A stretch of DNA of 63,879 nt, filler included, from Perkinsus chesapeaki ATCC PRA-425 (GCA_013115145.1; 11 parts of 11 records of this genome joined end to end with filler, not necessarily neighbours in it); one strand, 5' to 3'. Shown: positions 13,567-26,780, counted from the whole stretch's first letter. Program-made: numbers and translations. The notes: generated by a model from the letters alone, not told the origin.

Positions 13567-15820
13567 GTTTCCGTCGATGAACCTTCATTTCGTGGATCAG
13601 CTGTTCCATTACGTCATTTGAGGGATCTTAAAGACTCTTTCAACAAACACGGTAAGTTTGAATAATCTCCTCCTCGTGATGTCATCAATCAGGTAACGAA
13701 GACGCAATCAAGGTGGATTTCATATTGCGTCAGAACTCCTCTATAGCTGAGGAAGGATATCGTTTAGACTGTGATTTCCCTAAAGTTTGTTATTGTGATG
13801 TTAGCACCTCAACTGGATTCATTTATGCAATGGGAACTTTGGTAAGTTGACAGTGCCGTGAAGAAAGCGGAATACCCATCTGTGGCCATTTGTCAGTTAC
13901 AAATTGTTAGAGGCGCTCCGTATGTGGAAGAGAAGATTCCAAAAAGGTTCATTATTGACGATTATCCAAGTTTCCCACATCGTGGCATGCTTATCGATAC
14001 CGGAAGGCATTATCTTCCAATGGACATTCTTAAGAAGAATTTATATGTCATGGCTTTTAACAAGGTATTTATCAACTCAATTAATATTTGATTAACTTAT
14101 CTCAGATGAATGTTCTTCATTGGCATCTAACTGATGATATCAGTTTTTCATTAGACCTTCCACAATATACAAATTTACAAAAAGGGAATCCATCTCCTTT
14201 CACGTAAGTTTCATTTCATTTCATTGCTTTATCTGTTGAAGGTACTCGAAAGAAGAAATTATTCATTTCATCAAGTTGGCAAATACGTTGGGAATTAAAG
14301 TTATACCTGAGATTGATGTGCCAGCTCATACTCAAAGTTGGATAAGAGGGTAAGAAGTCACCAAGACTAAAGACTGGTAAAAGAATGAAAGTTGTTATTA
14401 TTAGTTATCCTGAGCTACAAGGAGATGCTCTGTATTGGATGGATCCTACATCTAACTTTACCAAAGACTTTGTCGTTAAGGTGGTCACTGATGTGGTAAA
14501 CTTATTTTATGGCAATAAGAATTCCAATGAGGCTTACAACGGTAACATCTGTTGATCAATGTGATGCCATCGACTTTTTAGGCGAGCGTGTTATTCATCT
14601 TGGTGGAGATGAGACCTGGGATGCTTGGAACTCTACAGCCCTTCGTGAATGGACTAAGATTCATGGGTAGGGGATTAACCTGCATAGCGCTGGACACATT
14701 GCAATTATTCAGGAAGTTCCATAATAAAACAGACCTTGTAGACTACTGGCTCAAAGAAGTTGTGGGAAACATCTCTGAGACTACTGGTGAGAATATTTGC
14801 ATTGACATTTCTATAGTGTGAACCTTCGAGTTCAATTCACGATGGTATTGCGGCTTTGTCCAACTTTTGGTCATTTCATAGGAGTTATGAAACATCATGC
14901 TCAGGTGCAAAGGTGAGCATTTGGAATGATTTCCTTAACGACAACGCAACTGAACTCGAAGTCATTGACACATGGCAGATTTGGCTTTATGATCCAGAGA
15001 AAACAATTGAGGTTAGCGCTACTACTTGTGTTGGCGTTGCGCAAGTTTATTCATCAGTTAGCTGAGTCGGACCGTCTACCGAAGAGCGCCAGCATCATAT
15101 TCAGTGACTATTCAGCATTCTATTTGGATCAGCTAGAGAGGTAGCTTCATCTTTATTCATAAACGGCACTTTAAGTCAGGACATGGGCTGACTTTTACAA
15201 TGTGACGTTTCGTAGAGATTCTAAAGGTGTTATTAAAGGTGGAGAAGCTTGTCTGTGGGGTAAACCACAATTATGCATTCCTCCTAACAAATCTTGGTAT
15301 TGCTTCTTAGGTGAATTCGTCGATGTGAGTGTCTTCATGGCTCGAGCTTGGCCCCGTGCAAGTGCTGTAGCTGAAAGACTGTGGTGTGATGATCCATCGA
15401 TATGTCCATTTAATCACGCTTGGGCTGTTAGAAGATTGTCCAGGTAAGCGATTATGTTCAACTGCCACATTAGTCGTTTTTTATTATCTTCATCAGATTC
15501 CGCTGCTTTATGTCAAATTTCGTGCTTGGTCATACCAGCCCCCATGAGACTACTCCTCTAGGACGGTTCCAAGACATCAGCGCTCCTGCCAGATTTTACT
15601 CGTAAGCTATCGTAACGTATCTTTAGAGTTACTTCATCATTAGATTCAATCTTATCAAGGAGCAGTGGTGGTGTCCAGAGTGGACGTCTAAGGAATCAGT
15701 AACATCTCATGAAAATGGACAGAAATTCGGTATAAAATGCTTACACTGGTTATTTCAATCATTCTTTTTTCATTTATTTTAGATGGCGTGCTCGACTTCC
15801 TAAGATTATCCGAGCTATGA
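13567..15820 (+). CDS. Beta-N-acetylhexosaminidase (GH20), 5'-truncated at contig edge, multi-exon
   Basis: [46 protein letters not shown], catalytic [32 protein letters not shown]. The last exons splice to ..[18 protein letters not shown] (15818-15820). Confidence 0.95.
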
Positions 15821-16344
15821 TAACAGGTCTTTCATAGCGCGCTGGAGTCTCCTACACTAAGCTTCTAGGCTAGATAGTTCTAGCTCGTGACACCATGATC
15901 TTTATGACACCATCTACCCTTCTCATAAACCAACTGGCTTGTCATTCGATATGCATTTACTTTCGTTACCAACTTTTTTCCAAAACCTGCACCAACAGCT
16001 TTGGCTGGACACAAAGGACCAACTATCTCACATTCAGTTCAAAAGGGTTTTTGTTCAGTCGGTCAATCGATAAGACCATCATGACGTGACCATGTCCATT
16101 TGGTAGACATCGTCCACTCACATAACATTTGACCTGCTCAAATGACAGATATCTCTCCGTCCGTGTTAACTCTAAGCGCTCGTGCCTTCTGAATCGCATA
16201 TGTTATTGTATTTGTTGATGCATTTTTATTTACTCCTACCAACTCCAGTGCTTGCGCTTGCGCACACCTACTCTCCACAGCAATCAGCGTGATTGCTCTT
16301 TCAGTATCCGTAATACTAAGCTCCGCCCTTGTGCATGGGTCCAA

Positions 16345-16477
16345 GGTGTTCCGAGCACTAGCTATATTTCGTACTCCGTCTCGCAAACTGCAGCAGTATT
16401 CTTACTCATATGTAGAACACCAGGTCAGAAGGAGCTTATGAGACGGTATGTGAAATATAGCTACTGCTCAGAATACC
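16345..16477. mobile_element. Small fold-back (MITE-like) element with 45-bp imperfect inverted arms
   Basis: 16345-16389 vs the reverse complement of 16433-16477 match at 35/45 by hand. An 85-bp partial copy lies at 53486-53570. Confidence 0.55.
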
Positions 16478-17719
16478 TCGTACCGTCCAAGTTGAGCGGA
16501 TACGGAGCGGATCTCGTAGAGTAACCATTAAGTGATAATCACGTCATGTTTACAATAAACAGTTTATCACTCTTCTTGGGGCGGTCTTCTACTCACGTTA
16601 AAGATTACTATTTACAAGTTACTATTACTAGTTACTATTTAAGCTTTATCTCGTTTTTACAGTTATTCGAGGCGCTTAAGCCCATTTAAACAAAATGGTT
16701 TATCCGATGAAACACTTGACTTGAGCAGCTGAAGGGTTACCTCCCGTAAAATATACTCAAATGTTATTACATATCGCGACATTCAGCAGTAAAGTGGATC
16801 GCTTTCTACGCAGAGTTATACGGCTTGCTACTCATATTAAGCAATGCACGCCTCGGCATCTATAGCTCGTTGATGATCTAGTGGCTAGATTCTATTCACT
16901 GCAATTCACAACAAAAGGCGAGCCTGATTTGCTCAATGAGGCTCCAACTTACCATATCACTATTTAAACCATATTGTACTTATCATGAGACAACTACTGC
17001 GAGACTTGTAGTACAAGGTGTAGTACTTGTCTACAACTCTTAGGTAGCTAGTCGGGAGTGCGGGAGAGGACCAACAATCTGACATAACCGTGCAAATCCA
17101 AATATCCACTAATGTCCCCCGACCAGTCTCGATACTGAAACTGTTCCAGTATCGAGACCCTCGGTGTTCCAGTAGAACACTTACCGTAACACCGTAACCC
17201 TTATGTTTGAAACTACAAATGGAACAGAAACGACCTTTGCAGAGGGCTGCAGGACTCACGCAGTGCTCGGGAGTGATTATATCTCAGAATCGGAGGTCTG
17301 GGCTCCACCTCAGTACTTCTCCTCCGGGAAGAGTCTTCCCGCTTCCCTTACAATACTTTCCTCAGGGGTTGTCATTGAAATAGTATAAGTCAATCACAGA
17401 TCCCTAGTATCTATACAGAAGAGAAACCTACTAGAAGTAGGTTAACAGACGCTGAGCGATACTAGCGCACAAGTGAATAATCGATCGAGTGGGCGAGCGA
17501 GGTATAGTCTGCGCAGGTACACTATTAGTCACAATGTACAGGTTACCTGTACATCTGTAACATGTGACATAGCAATTTTGCTTATGGCTCGAAGAATAAA
17601 CTGCAGAATTCAGCATGAGAAGCTGGAAGACCGAGCAGTGCTATTATAGCACTGGCGAGTGGCCCAATCGACGAGGTATACTAATCCGCGCACACAGATC
17701 TGCCGAATTCTGGTCCGTA

Positions 17720-17741
17720 CTCTGGATTCCAGAGTCTGGAC
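17720..17741. repeat. 22-bp A/A'/A footprint (1 mismatch)
   Basis: c-tctgga-t-tccaga-g-tctgga-c; last base expected a. Confidence 0.75.
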
Positions 17742-17980
17742 TAGAACTCGTGGAGTCCAGAGCCGGCCAACCTCTGGTCCGGAGCAGCAAAACGGTGTTG
17801 CCAACACTGATCTTACAACATTATTTCCTGATTTCAGTGAAATCATTTCGCGCCTTCCTCTCAAGAACGCCTGGATTCCAGGGAATAGAACACTTGCTTG
17901 ATTCAACTATATGATATGAATGTTTCAAGAATGAAGATGCTTCATTGAAGGAAAAACCGCGCCACTAGAATCGACGATGG

Positions 17981-18002
17981 GTCGGACGGTCCGACTCGGA
18001 CC
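17981..18002. repeat. 22-bp A/A'/A footprint (perfect), inferred target gtcggacc
   Basis: g-tcggac-g-gtccga-c-tcggac-c, followed by an overlapping gaccca-c-tgggtc. Confidence 0.9.
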
Positions 18003-18517
18003 CACTGGGTCTCACAAGTAGAAATGTGTGTCACACTGCATCACAATGTTCGTGCGATCCACAGGGGAGTCTCTATCGGCTGACTCCGCCCGTGAGCAGA
18101 TGTGCTACAATTACTTTAGTATACTTCACGAAGGGTACTTCGGAGGTTTAAGTTCAGCCATTGAACCCGCAAAATAAGCCCGTTAATTTTTAACCCGCAA
18201 TTCGCGGGCCGCAATGTAGTAACACCGAGAACACGGAGAATTGCACACCGAGAATCGGAAAACTTCTATGACGAATAATAAACTTGCAAATGGGCACAGA
18301 GCGACACACCGGTAACGGGGTATTACTGATAGTTCGACAGTACTGTAGGCAGCAATTGATTTGACAGGGGGCATAACCACGGTGGCAAAAGGCGGGAATA
18401 TGTAAGTAGACTGAGACAGCGCCTCCTTTGCCCGGGCAGCGCCACAGAGAGCCGTAAACCTCGATAACATATCATGCGTCGATAGTATTCCCTCAACGGA
18501 TAGTTGTGATCGTAGAG

Positions 18518-18539
18518 CTCGTACGGTACGAGTCGTACC
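18518..18539. repeat. 22-bp A/A'/A footprint (perfect), inferred target ctcgtacc
   Basis: c-tcgtac-g-gtacga-g-tcgtac-c. Confidence 0.9.
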
Positions 18540-19373
18540 CAAAGTTTTCGGGCCAAGAGCGATTGCTGCCAGCAAATTAAATTTCTTGGGTGTACTGCAA
18601 GCCATATGATCTATCGCAGTCCAGCAGACCGTCGGAGACACACGCTTTTCATCTTGATGCAGGCTCTGCGAAGTGTTGCTTCAGTCCTCATTCTGCTCCT
18701 GGGTCGATAAGCTATGTGGACGAGATGCTGTCGAAGATACGTCTATCCGTGTGGGTTTTCAGGTCAGAATCTTTCACTCGATTTGTTGGGATTCTTTCTG
18801 TCACAGACTCGTGGCGCTATGAATCATACCTTTTGATACAGGAGTCTTGGGTTGCCCGCGACTGTGACTGCCCTTCTAGCTAGTAAAGTAGTCCTACTAG
18901 CTTGTTAACGGAGTTTGACACCCGCGAACAGAATCCCGGCTATCCTTCTTTTATCCGGGAATATGTGAAAATGGTGTGCCGATGATAGTTATACTATAAC
19001 TGGTGCATATCGCCTGATGCATTATGGAGCTACTATGGAGCAATTCATGCTCCATAGTGTGGACTGAGTACAGTATAGAGTCTACTGGACTTCATACTGT
19101 ACTAGTTACATCCCGACAGTTTAGTATACTATGCTAGTCCGTAGTAGTGCAACTACGGAGTTGTTCCCCCCTAGATTTAGCATGCCTCATAGCGGCCGGA
19201 TTTCGTCTTGTTTTTCTTCTAGAACGAGCTTTCGGGTCTCGATTCCGTCGTCGAAAAAAAGGCTCTGCATTTTTGGAAAGTATACGAATATCTGCCGAGC
19301 ATAGAATAGTTTATAGTATAAACCTTCTACTCATTGTTTGTAAGATTTTATCTCTCAAGGTTGTGAGATATTA

Positions 19374-21054
19374 ATGAGCTTTCCCTTACATCTCGTGCTA
19401 GTCTCAACTTTCCTCTCCCCACTTGTGGACACCCTGTCGGCTCCTTTGGTCGACGAGGCTTTCAACTCGTTTATGGAGAAGTAACCCCCGACTTGGCATT
19501 CACGCATGGCTTGTGTACATCTAAGAACCATTGTTATACCTCGATCTCCATGTTGGTTAAACCTGAAAGCTTGTAAGCTGTTTGATTTCAGGTATGAGAA
19601 GAAATATAGTTCTGATGACGAGTTAAAGCTACGTCGAGGTGTATTTACACAAACTCTGTTCGACATAGCCCGCATCAATGAGGAAGGCGGAAGTAGCTTT
19701 TAACCCTGCCGAGTGTGTTCTATTCCCACGGCATCATCTTGATAGCCTTTTCGTTGCCCTTGGTCTGCATTATCGTTACTGTTCTTCCTCAGGTTTCAAC
19801 TTCACAGCGGACGTGAACGAGTTTGCAGATATGTCATCCGAGGAGTTCACTGATAGAATGTTATGTGGACCGTCGGCTAGCAACAACGCGTTCAACGTCG
19901 AGGAAGAGCTAGGTACGTCAGCAACCTGGAAAGTACCAACGAAATTGTTGATCCTGTCCATTAAAATTCATGCTATCAGCCTCAGTTTTATCAAGTGATA
20001 CGCCCGTCGAGCAGTTACCCGAGTCGGTCGACTGGGAGACCGCAGGTGCTATGGCCCCAACTAGAGATCAAGGAAAATGTGGCTGTTGTTATGCTATACA
20101 AGCTGCGAGTAGTCACTCGGCAATCTATGAGGGATTCGTCGTGTCCGTCTCAGCCATGGCGGAAAGTCGTTTCAAATTGAAGACCGGTATGGACAGAGTT
20201 GTCCCATTGTCCGTACAACAACTTGTAGATTGCAGCAGCATAGATACTGGCAACAAGTGTGTGTGATGTTTGATACAGTTAGCAGCCTTAATCTTCAGGG
20301 GTTGTAAGGGAGGCAGAGTTGAAAACTGTGGGTTTTACATCCACACGAGCGGACTGGTGAAAGAGAAGGTATATCCTTATGTCGCTAAGGATGGTGAATG
20401 TAAACAGGATGTCGTAGACTTGCCGGTAAATCAGTGCATCAAGGTAAGGGAGTGATTAGTGCGTGCATTCCTGTTGCGCGGAGTTCGTCATGTCGGATTG
20501 GGTTTTTTTTTTCAGAAAGGCGACATCGAAGGGTGGTTTGCCATTCCCCCTATGGATGAGCTAGCCATGCGTACCGCTGTCGCTGGAGGACCTATTTCTG
20601 TTCGCATCCATGCCTCGACTTCTCGGTTCCGAAACTACAGGTTTGGAATCATAACTTGTGAGGCTCGACATAAGAGAGGCTTTTCAAGTCAGAAATTCTA
20701 ACCGTGTTGTCCCTCAGCAAGCGAGTGTAGTGAAGGCAACATGAACCACGCCATCTCTATTGTTGGTTACGGGAAATCTCCAGAAGGTGTTGAGTGAGTT
20801 CAACGCTCTGTCGCCGACTAGCCTCGCAACATACTATTCAAGATACTGGAAGATTCTGAACAGCTGGGGGCCAACTTGGGGAGAAAACGGTTATGGTTAT
20901 ATCCAGCGAAATGATCCGAAGAACCCCGCAGGTATTCACTTTGGCTAGGTTAGTTGATACTGTCTTATCGTTAGGCCCTTGTGGCATCATGAGAGAGCCG
21001 GACTTATACCCATCATTCCGAGATGGCCTCACGCCTGGAACTTGCCTCGAATAA
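19374..21054 (+). CDS. Divergent papain-family (C1A) cysteine protease, multi-exon
   Basis: Signal-like MSFPLHLVLVSTFLSPLV, degenerate ERFNIN (ELKLRRGVFTQTLFDIARIN), DVNEFAD, LPESVDWETAG..RDQGKCGCCYA, LSVQQLVDC, GCKGG, NHAISIVGYG, ILNSWGPTWGENGY; TAA at 21052-21054. Confidence 0.92.
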
Positions 21055-21269
21055 TATAACTCAGAACTGTCTTGACACTTCGCCGGTCAATAATGTCTTC
21101 AATCAGCGTCTACTCTAGTCGGTAAATCGAAGCTATTGATCTACGTCATTCTTCCTTATTATGATTGTCAGTCAGACTGTTTAAGTCAGTCCGCTTCGTC
21201 TTGATAGAGAATTGCTCCGAGACTCAATCTTTGTTTTTGTCTTTTGTTGATGATTTCCGACCCATCTAT

Positions 21270-21640
21270 CAGATCAAGTGTTGTTGAACACATAAGGGCC
21301 TCGAATCTCGTCTCTAGCAAAATGGGTTTCCAATTCGGTCAAATATTTGACTTTTGTTTTTTTCTTAATATCGAATATGATCGCCGAGCACTTCGGCACT
21401 ACCATTATGACCAGCTGCTAGACATGCACAAGACTATCCTGTCAAGATATTATGCATAACTTGGAATGTCGGTCATAATTCGAGGAGAGATACTGTAGTA
21501 TTATCTGAACAAGGATAGGCCTACTAATAAATTAGTTGGCTACTATCAGGTCAATTTTCTCGCAAACCCTGACTTTCACAGGAGCTCCCTCAGCATGGGA
21601 CTCCCATCCTGGAAGACATATCGACGGTGCCTCACGATTT
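21270..21640 (+). pseudogene. Possible highly decayed non-LTR reverse transcriptase fragment
   Basis: Ordered but degenerate pieces VVEHIRASNLVSSKMGFQFGQ, LLDMHK and LPQHG resemble the QxGF, DxxKAFD and GxPQG RT motifs. They lie in different frames and no YADD was seen. Confidence 0.2.
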
Positions 21641-21696
21641 GTATGCTACAACCATGGTTCATTCAGCTGGCGTATCTAATAGGAGACGCCAGCTTA

Positions 21697-23469
21697 TCAA
21701 ACCTTAAGCTGAAGGTGGGTGGAAACAGTGAGGCCGACGCCGACGATTATCGTCAAGGGTAATATTAACAAGTTCCGACAAATGAGCGCATCTTCGGGTC
21801 TTTGGCTCGCCCAGTATCTTTGAAGAATCTCCCACGATACTTTTTCAATCAAATCGAATGAAATCACGCCGAGAATGACCAACTGAGGTCCACCTCCCGT
21901 GCGCCTGCGTGCGTGACCGGGATGCGGTCCTGGTTTAACTTTAGAATCGGATTCCGATAATATTGGAACGATTTGTGTATCGAATAATAAATTCAACTCA
22001 TTAAATTGGCAAATGGCCACTGTAAAAATCACTCTGCTTACCAGTAGTTTGGTAAAGGTTTTGTACTACGTTGCGATGGCCGAACTCTAGAACACTTCTT
22101 TGTGATGGGAACACATATGCCAAGCTCTTAGTGCTCCATGATCGAAGAAAGGAGTAAAAGTCATTGAGTGGTTGTCATTCACTCTTCCCAACTTAGGAAG
22201 ATACTGTTAGTAACAGTGTTACTGCTTGAGAATCTCTTCTTGAGTCTCAAGTCTTGAGATAACCGAGTATTTGGTAACCAAATTTTGGTTTACTTCAATC
22301 CCTGAGGTAACTCTAGCTCATGCCCATTGGAAAGCTACATAACGACACAACACATGATAATAATCGAAAACAGGAACATAATCTCGCCTTGCAAAGGCTA
22401 GCCTCCACCACGAATCTTTCTAATTCGGTCGACCACCTCATCTTGCTCATTCTCGATCTCTGTCAGCACGGCAGAGTAATACTCCGCCTGCTCCTCGAAA
22501 CTCTAAGCAAAAAGACGTGAGCGAAATCATAGTCAGCTGGCATTGCTATATATTCCATGGGAAAACGGAGAAAGGCTACGAAACATGACTGAAAAATGAT
22601 GAAACGAATCGTTCGAGATGATTCAATCATCATGATTGGATCGAAACCATCTTGTTGCGATTTTCAATTTCTAGCAACTTAGAATTGTAGAGGAACCGAT
22701 TAGATGTCACCGCCGCAAATGGTGACTCACATTTAAGCTGTCAAGGATAATATAATGTTGATGATATTCATATCGTATAGGTGACGAGACTGCACGGTGT
22801 GACCCTCCCGTGGCTCACTCTCATAGAACGAAGACTATTAGCCACTGCAATGATTTCGCCTCCCATACTCTCTGCCTGCATGCACATGGTGTGCATTTTA
22901 TCAATCTGAAGGAATAGTGTCACTGATGAAGTTCGAAGTCTAACCCGGAAAGACAGAGAGAAATCGATTACTCTACTCCGAATCATCTATGCAACAACAC
23001 AATGCTGCGAACATTATCGGCCCGTTACGAGATCGCCGACCCGAAGCGAGTGTCATTTGCGCCGTGATTCTTGAGTCAAGCTGTTATACCGCATTCATCT
23101 CATCAGCTCTAAGGTTCAAAAGTGACTCGATTGTTGATTGCTTCTCCAAAAGCAAGTCAAGAGACGCACAAGCTTCCGCCAAACCATCATCGTCATCCTG
23201 AAATACTCATTTCTAGGGACACAATAGATCGAGAACAAACCATGCCTACCGAGGGTCCCTTTGATTCGATGATACTCACTTGACGATGAAGCTGAGATAG
23301 AATTGTCGCGATGGGAATTGTCGACCTAGGGAAATCCACTATGAGAGTTGATCTTTGTGGTAGTGATGTATCGAAGCAGAGCGTTCTTGCGAAACATGTG
23401 AGTTATAGCACACTCACGTTATGGTCAACATGATGAATTCTCCTGCATTTCACTTACCACTTCATTCAT
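21697..23469 (-). CDS. Uncharacterised multi-exon coiled-coil-rich protein; 3' end uncertain
   Basis: Consecutive phase-compatible exons: STIPIATILSQLHRQ|DDDDGLAEACASLDLLLEKQSTIESLLNLRADEMNA|IDKMHTMC..SLRSMR|LLEIENRNKM|SFEEQAEYYSAVLTEIENEQDE. Candidate ATG at 23469. Confidence 0.45.
22238..22259. repeat. 22-bp A/A'/A footprint (1 mismatch)
   Basis: t-cttgag-t-ctcaag-t-cttgag-a; second centre expected a. Confidence 0.75.
22269..22290. repeat. 22-bp A/A'/A footprint (perfect), inferred target atttggtt
   Basis: a-tttggt-a-accaaa-t-tttggt-t. Confidence 0.9.
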
Positions 23470-23496
23470 TTTTGGCGAATTTTTAATTCCGTTATG

Positions 23497-23518
23497 AAAG
23501 CGACTCGCTTTAAGCGAC
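23497..23518. repeat. 22-bp A/A'/A footprint (1 mismatch)
   Basis: a-aagcga-c-tcgctt-t-aagcga-c; last base expected g. Confidence 0.75.
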
Positions 23519-23619
23519 CCACACTGTAGCTGCCACAGCTCGGACGAAATGCTCAACGCGATAGCACTCGGACTGGTAGAAACAGTTAGTAACACTGCAC
23601 GTGATGTTGTATGCGTATA

Positions 23620-23641
23620 CTACACTAAGTGTAGTACACTT
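23620..23641. repeat. 22-bp A/A'/A footprint (perfect), inferred target ctacactt
   Basis: c-tacact-a-agtgta-g-tacact-t. Confidence 0.9.
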
Positions 23642-25849
23642 TACGACGATTGACGTTAATTTTCCCTTCTTCGCAGAGGATGATGCTTTTTCGGGAATGC
23701 AGGTTTTAGGAATGCCCTCAACTTCATTCCGTTCCTTACCAAGAAACGGGGACGTAGCCATTGATAGCTTTATTTTGCCTCATCCTCATCTCGAGAAATG
23801 CAAGGCAGTGAATATTAATCCGTGTTATAACCACTCCGTTCGGAAGTGGTCACCCCTTTGCCTTCTACTAGGTTACTAAACTAGCCAGTGAGTATTGAAG
23901 TCACCGGCTCCTACCCTAATAACCTAACAATATCAATGGAGCGCCTGCTATCATATAGCTAAAGGGAGTTCTAGCGGAGCCAGATGTTGATGAATACCAA
24001 GTTGGGTATTACCAACCTACGCCAGCCAAGGATTTAGCGAACTCAGGCAAGCTTGAGAGCTTGCGGTGGGACTCCCACCCTGCGAGGCTTGCCTATTCCA
24101 GTGATCCTTTCTGTAAGGTCTTATCAGCTTGGAGGTTTGCGATCACGGGAAACGCTTTGCTGCGGTCGTAGTGAAGAGCTGCAGCAGTTTCCGGTGTCTA
24201 TGAAACTATCGCATGAGGTCGTGTTACTCTTATAATAAGAGTCTTATTCAACTCACAGAGTCGAATCGACTTAGTCGACGAGAGGTCATAACACCTGAGT
24301 CTAGCTCAGTGAGTTATTACAGCTCGTAGAAGTAATACTCCATCCAATAGACTGTGAATAGTTTCCGCTACGTTGGAAGAGAATCCACTAGATAGTCTAC
24401 GCAGATAGATAGGTAGACTATCTAGTCTACTGTGGATTCAATCTAGTAGACGTAGTAGCATTGAATCGGGCATTTTGATTCCTCAGAGAAAGAGGTAAGC
24501 ATGGAAGATTCTCCCAGGGAGTAGACGAACAACTCCGATATCAACCATGTGGAAGAGTAAATCAGGCTCACCCGTCTCCCAGAGCTTCGCCTGCTTTCCC
24601 GATCCCTAACCCTGACTCCATCATGCAAACCTGAGGGCAAGAAAGAACTCAAAGCACTTGTAGCTAAGAATTCTTTCTCCGTCACTAACTCGTTTGGCGA
24701 GTGAGAGTATCAACAGTTTGACGAAAGCGTAAGGGATACTAGCCAACCCAAACACCCTCCGGGACGGAGGTTCCGGCAATTAATGTAGGCTGCGCGATCA
24801 AATGTTTACCTTCCTCTCTAGAGCTTCCATTCTCTCTGCTATAATACAGTTCTCCCAAAGCTTCTCATCCATATCTGAGGCTAAAAATTTTGAGGATAGA
24901 GCAAGCTGGAACACTCAACAAATATGATATCGGGACATGATATTACAAATTTGAATTTGAATTTGGATTTCAAATGCCGATAGTGAGCAAGGAAAAATCC
25001 AGCAATGCTGGACCAGCATCCAACAGTATCTCACATGAATTGTCCTCCTCCCTACCCAACCCGCCACCGGATGTACACGTCGCCCTACAACTTGAAGAGT
25101 GGCCCTAATGGAAGAGAATCTAATGCATGCTGGGAATATCCTACTCACTCTCGATGGATTCGTTGGCTCAGTAGTATGCGTCCGGCTATTATCTACTTCC
25201 GATGGCAGCTGTGACTAAAAACCAGGAACAACCATCAGACGAAGGCGATTGGTATGACCGACCTGATGAGTTACTACGATTGATGATGAACTATGGTTGA
25301 GAAAGTAGAATGAGTGCTAACTTAGCACTGCTAAGTGCTGGAGCCAAGTGCTCCAGTGCTTGGCATATAGGGGCAGCGTGAACGCTCCAGGGGTATTAGC
25401 GAAACTGACCTCAATCTCTATTCTTTGTTGGTGAGCTTTTATCATCAAACGTAGCTCAGCAATGTCCCGTCGAAGACGATCAACCCAAGCATTGTTGCGA
25501 TTCGCATTTATACCTGATGAGACATGTTCTACACAATGCCAAGAATTCGTAATGGGAGAAGATGAGACGCAAATAAGACGTGCAAGTCCGTGTTGATTTG
25601 TTAAGAAAACAAATTACGCGAATACTGTAAATTTGCATCGCGCGTGGGCCGCTTTGAATTCCCAAAGACTTGGAGAATAACTCGGAGTCCAAGTTATTTG
25701 GAGCAAAAGCGTTAGGACGAACTGGGTTTAACAAATGTATTTTCTGACAGCTACTGCTGCATTTCACGCATTTTTCTCCGCGAAAAATGCTATTGGGCGA
25801 GTCTCAGCAAAGTGGCAAATAGACTTTCAGTGACAGACCTTCACCGAAA

Positions 25850-26780
25850 GTCCCATGATTTCAGTTTTCGAAGCGAGACTTTCACCTTCTTCGTCGGGGC
25901 ATTCACCCCAGGCTTCCAGCACAATCGGAGCGTCATCAACTCTCTCGGTCCTGAAGATTCAAAAAATATTTCTTCTTGTAGCTCTTTCAAATACAGTGGA
26001 TTCTCATTTGCTCGAGCTCAATTCACAGATTTAACCAGAGGCGGGTAATAATAGCTCCCAATCCATGGACTTACTCAGGTTCTTCTTTCCCTTTGTGGCC
26101 TGGGCTATTTAACGGCGGTATGTACCTGTATATCGGAGTATTTATAGTATTTATGAATCGTGGGCTTGGCTACTCCCTGATTCCGACTAGTTTGTGTTGT
26201 GGTGCACAATGAGTCACAGCTCCCACAGGTAGCTATGCACTAGGAAGTTCTTAAAGCATATTCACTACTAAATCCCTGCACGAAGGATGCTCTTGCTGGC
26301 ACAGATTGCAACTCATGCCCCAGCGCTCCAGGGTTACTTGGGCCGAGAATGCAAGTGAGATCAGATGAATTCGTGATACGATATATCTCTGGTATCCACA
26401 CTGCAGCTGTCGGGCCAACACTGTTGGCAGTAGTTTAGGCGAAGCTACTTTTTGAAGCTGTTTCGCGGGCTCCGAAAATTCCACCCAAGCTTCGTACTTG
26501 GCCCACGAAAAGCAGCGACAAGTGGGCAAAATATGTCGAATGCCTTACTCATAGACCATTTCTTGTTGCTGCTCGTCCTTATTGGCAAACAACTGCGGGA
26601 CTAGCTCAACTCTGATGCTAATTTGGCCATCTGAGAGAGAGTGCAGAGAAACCACCGAGAGCATCCACTTCATTCTAGATAAGCTATGTATACACTTTTA
26701 TCTTGGCGCGCAACGAAAAGAGCTCACCTTGCGGCTGCTGCTCAATTGACAGGGATTCGGATGTCATTATTGGTATAACG
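25850..26780 (-). CDS. Probable multi-exon gene of unknown function; structure unresolved
   Basis: Exon-like segments bounded by GTGAG/GTAAG donors and pyrimidine-AG acceptors (MTSESLSIEQQPQ|DGQISIRVELVPQLFANKDEQQQEMVY; YIPPLNSPGHKGKEEP). The downstream phase could not be resolved. Confidence 0.3.
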
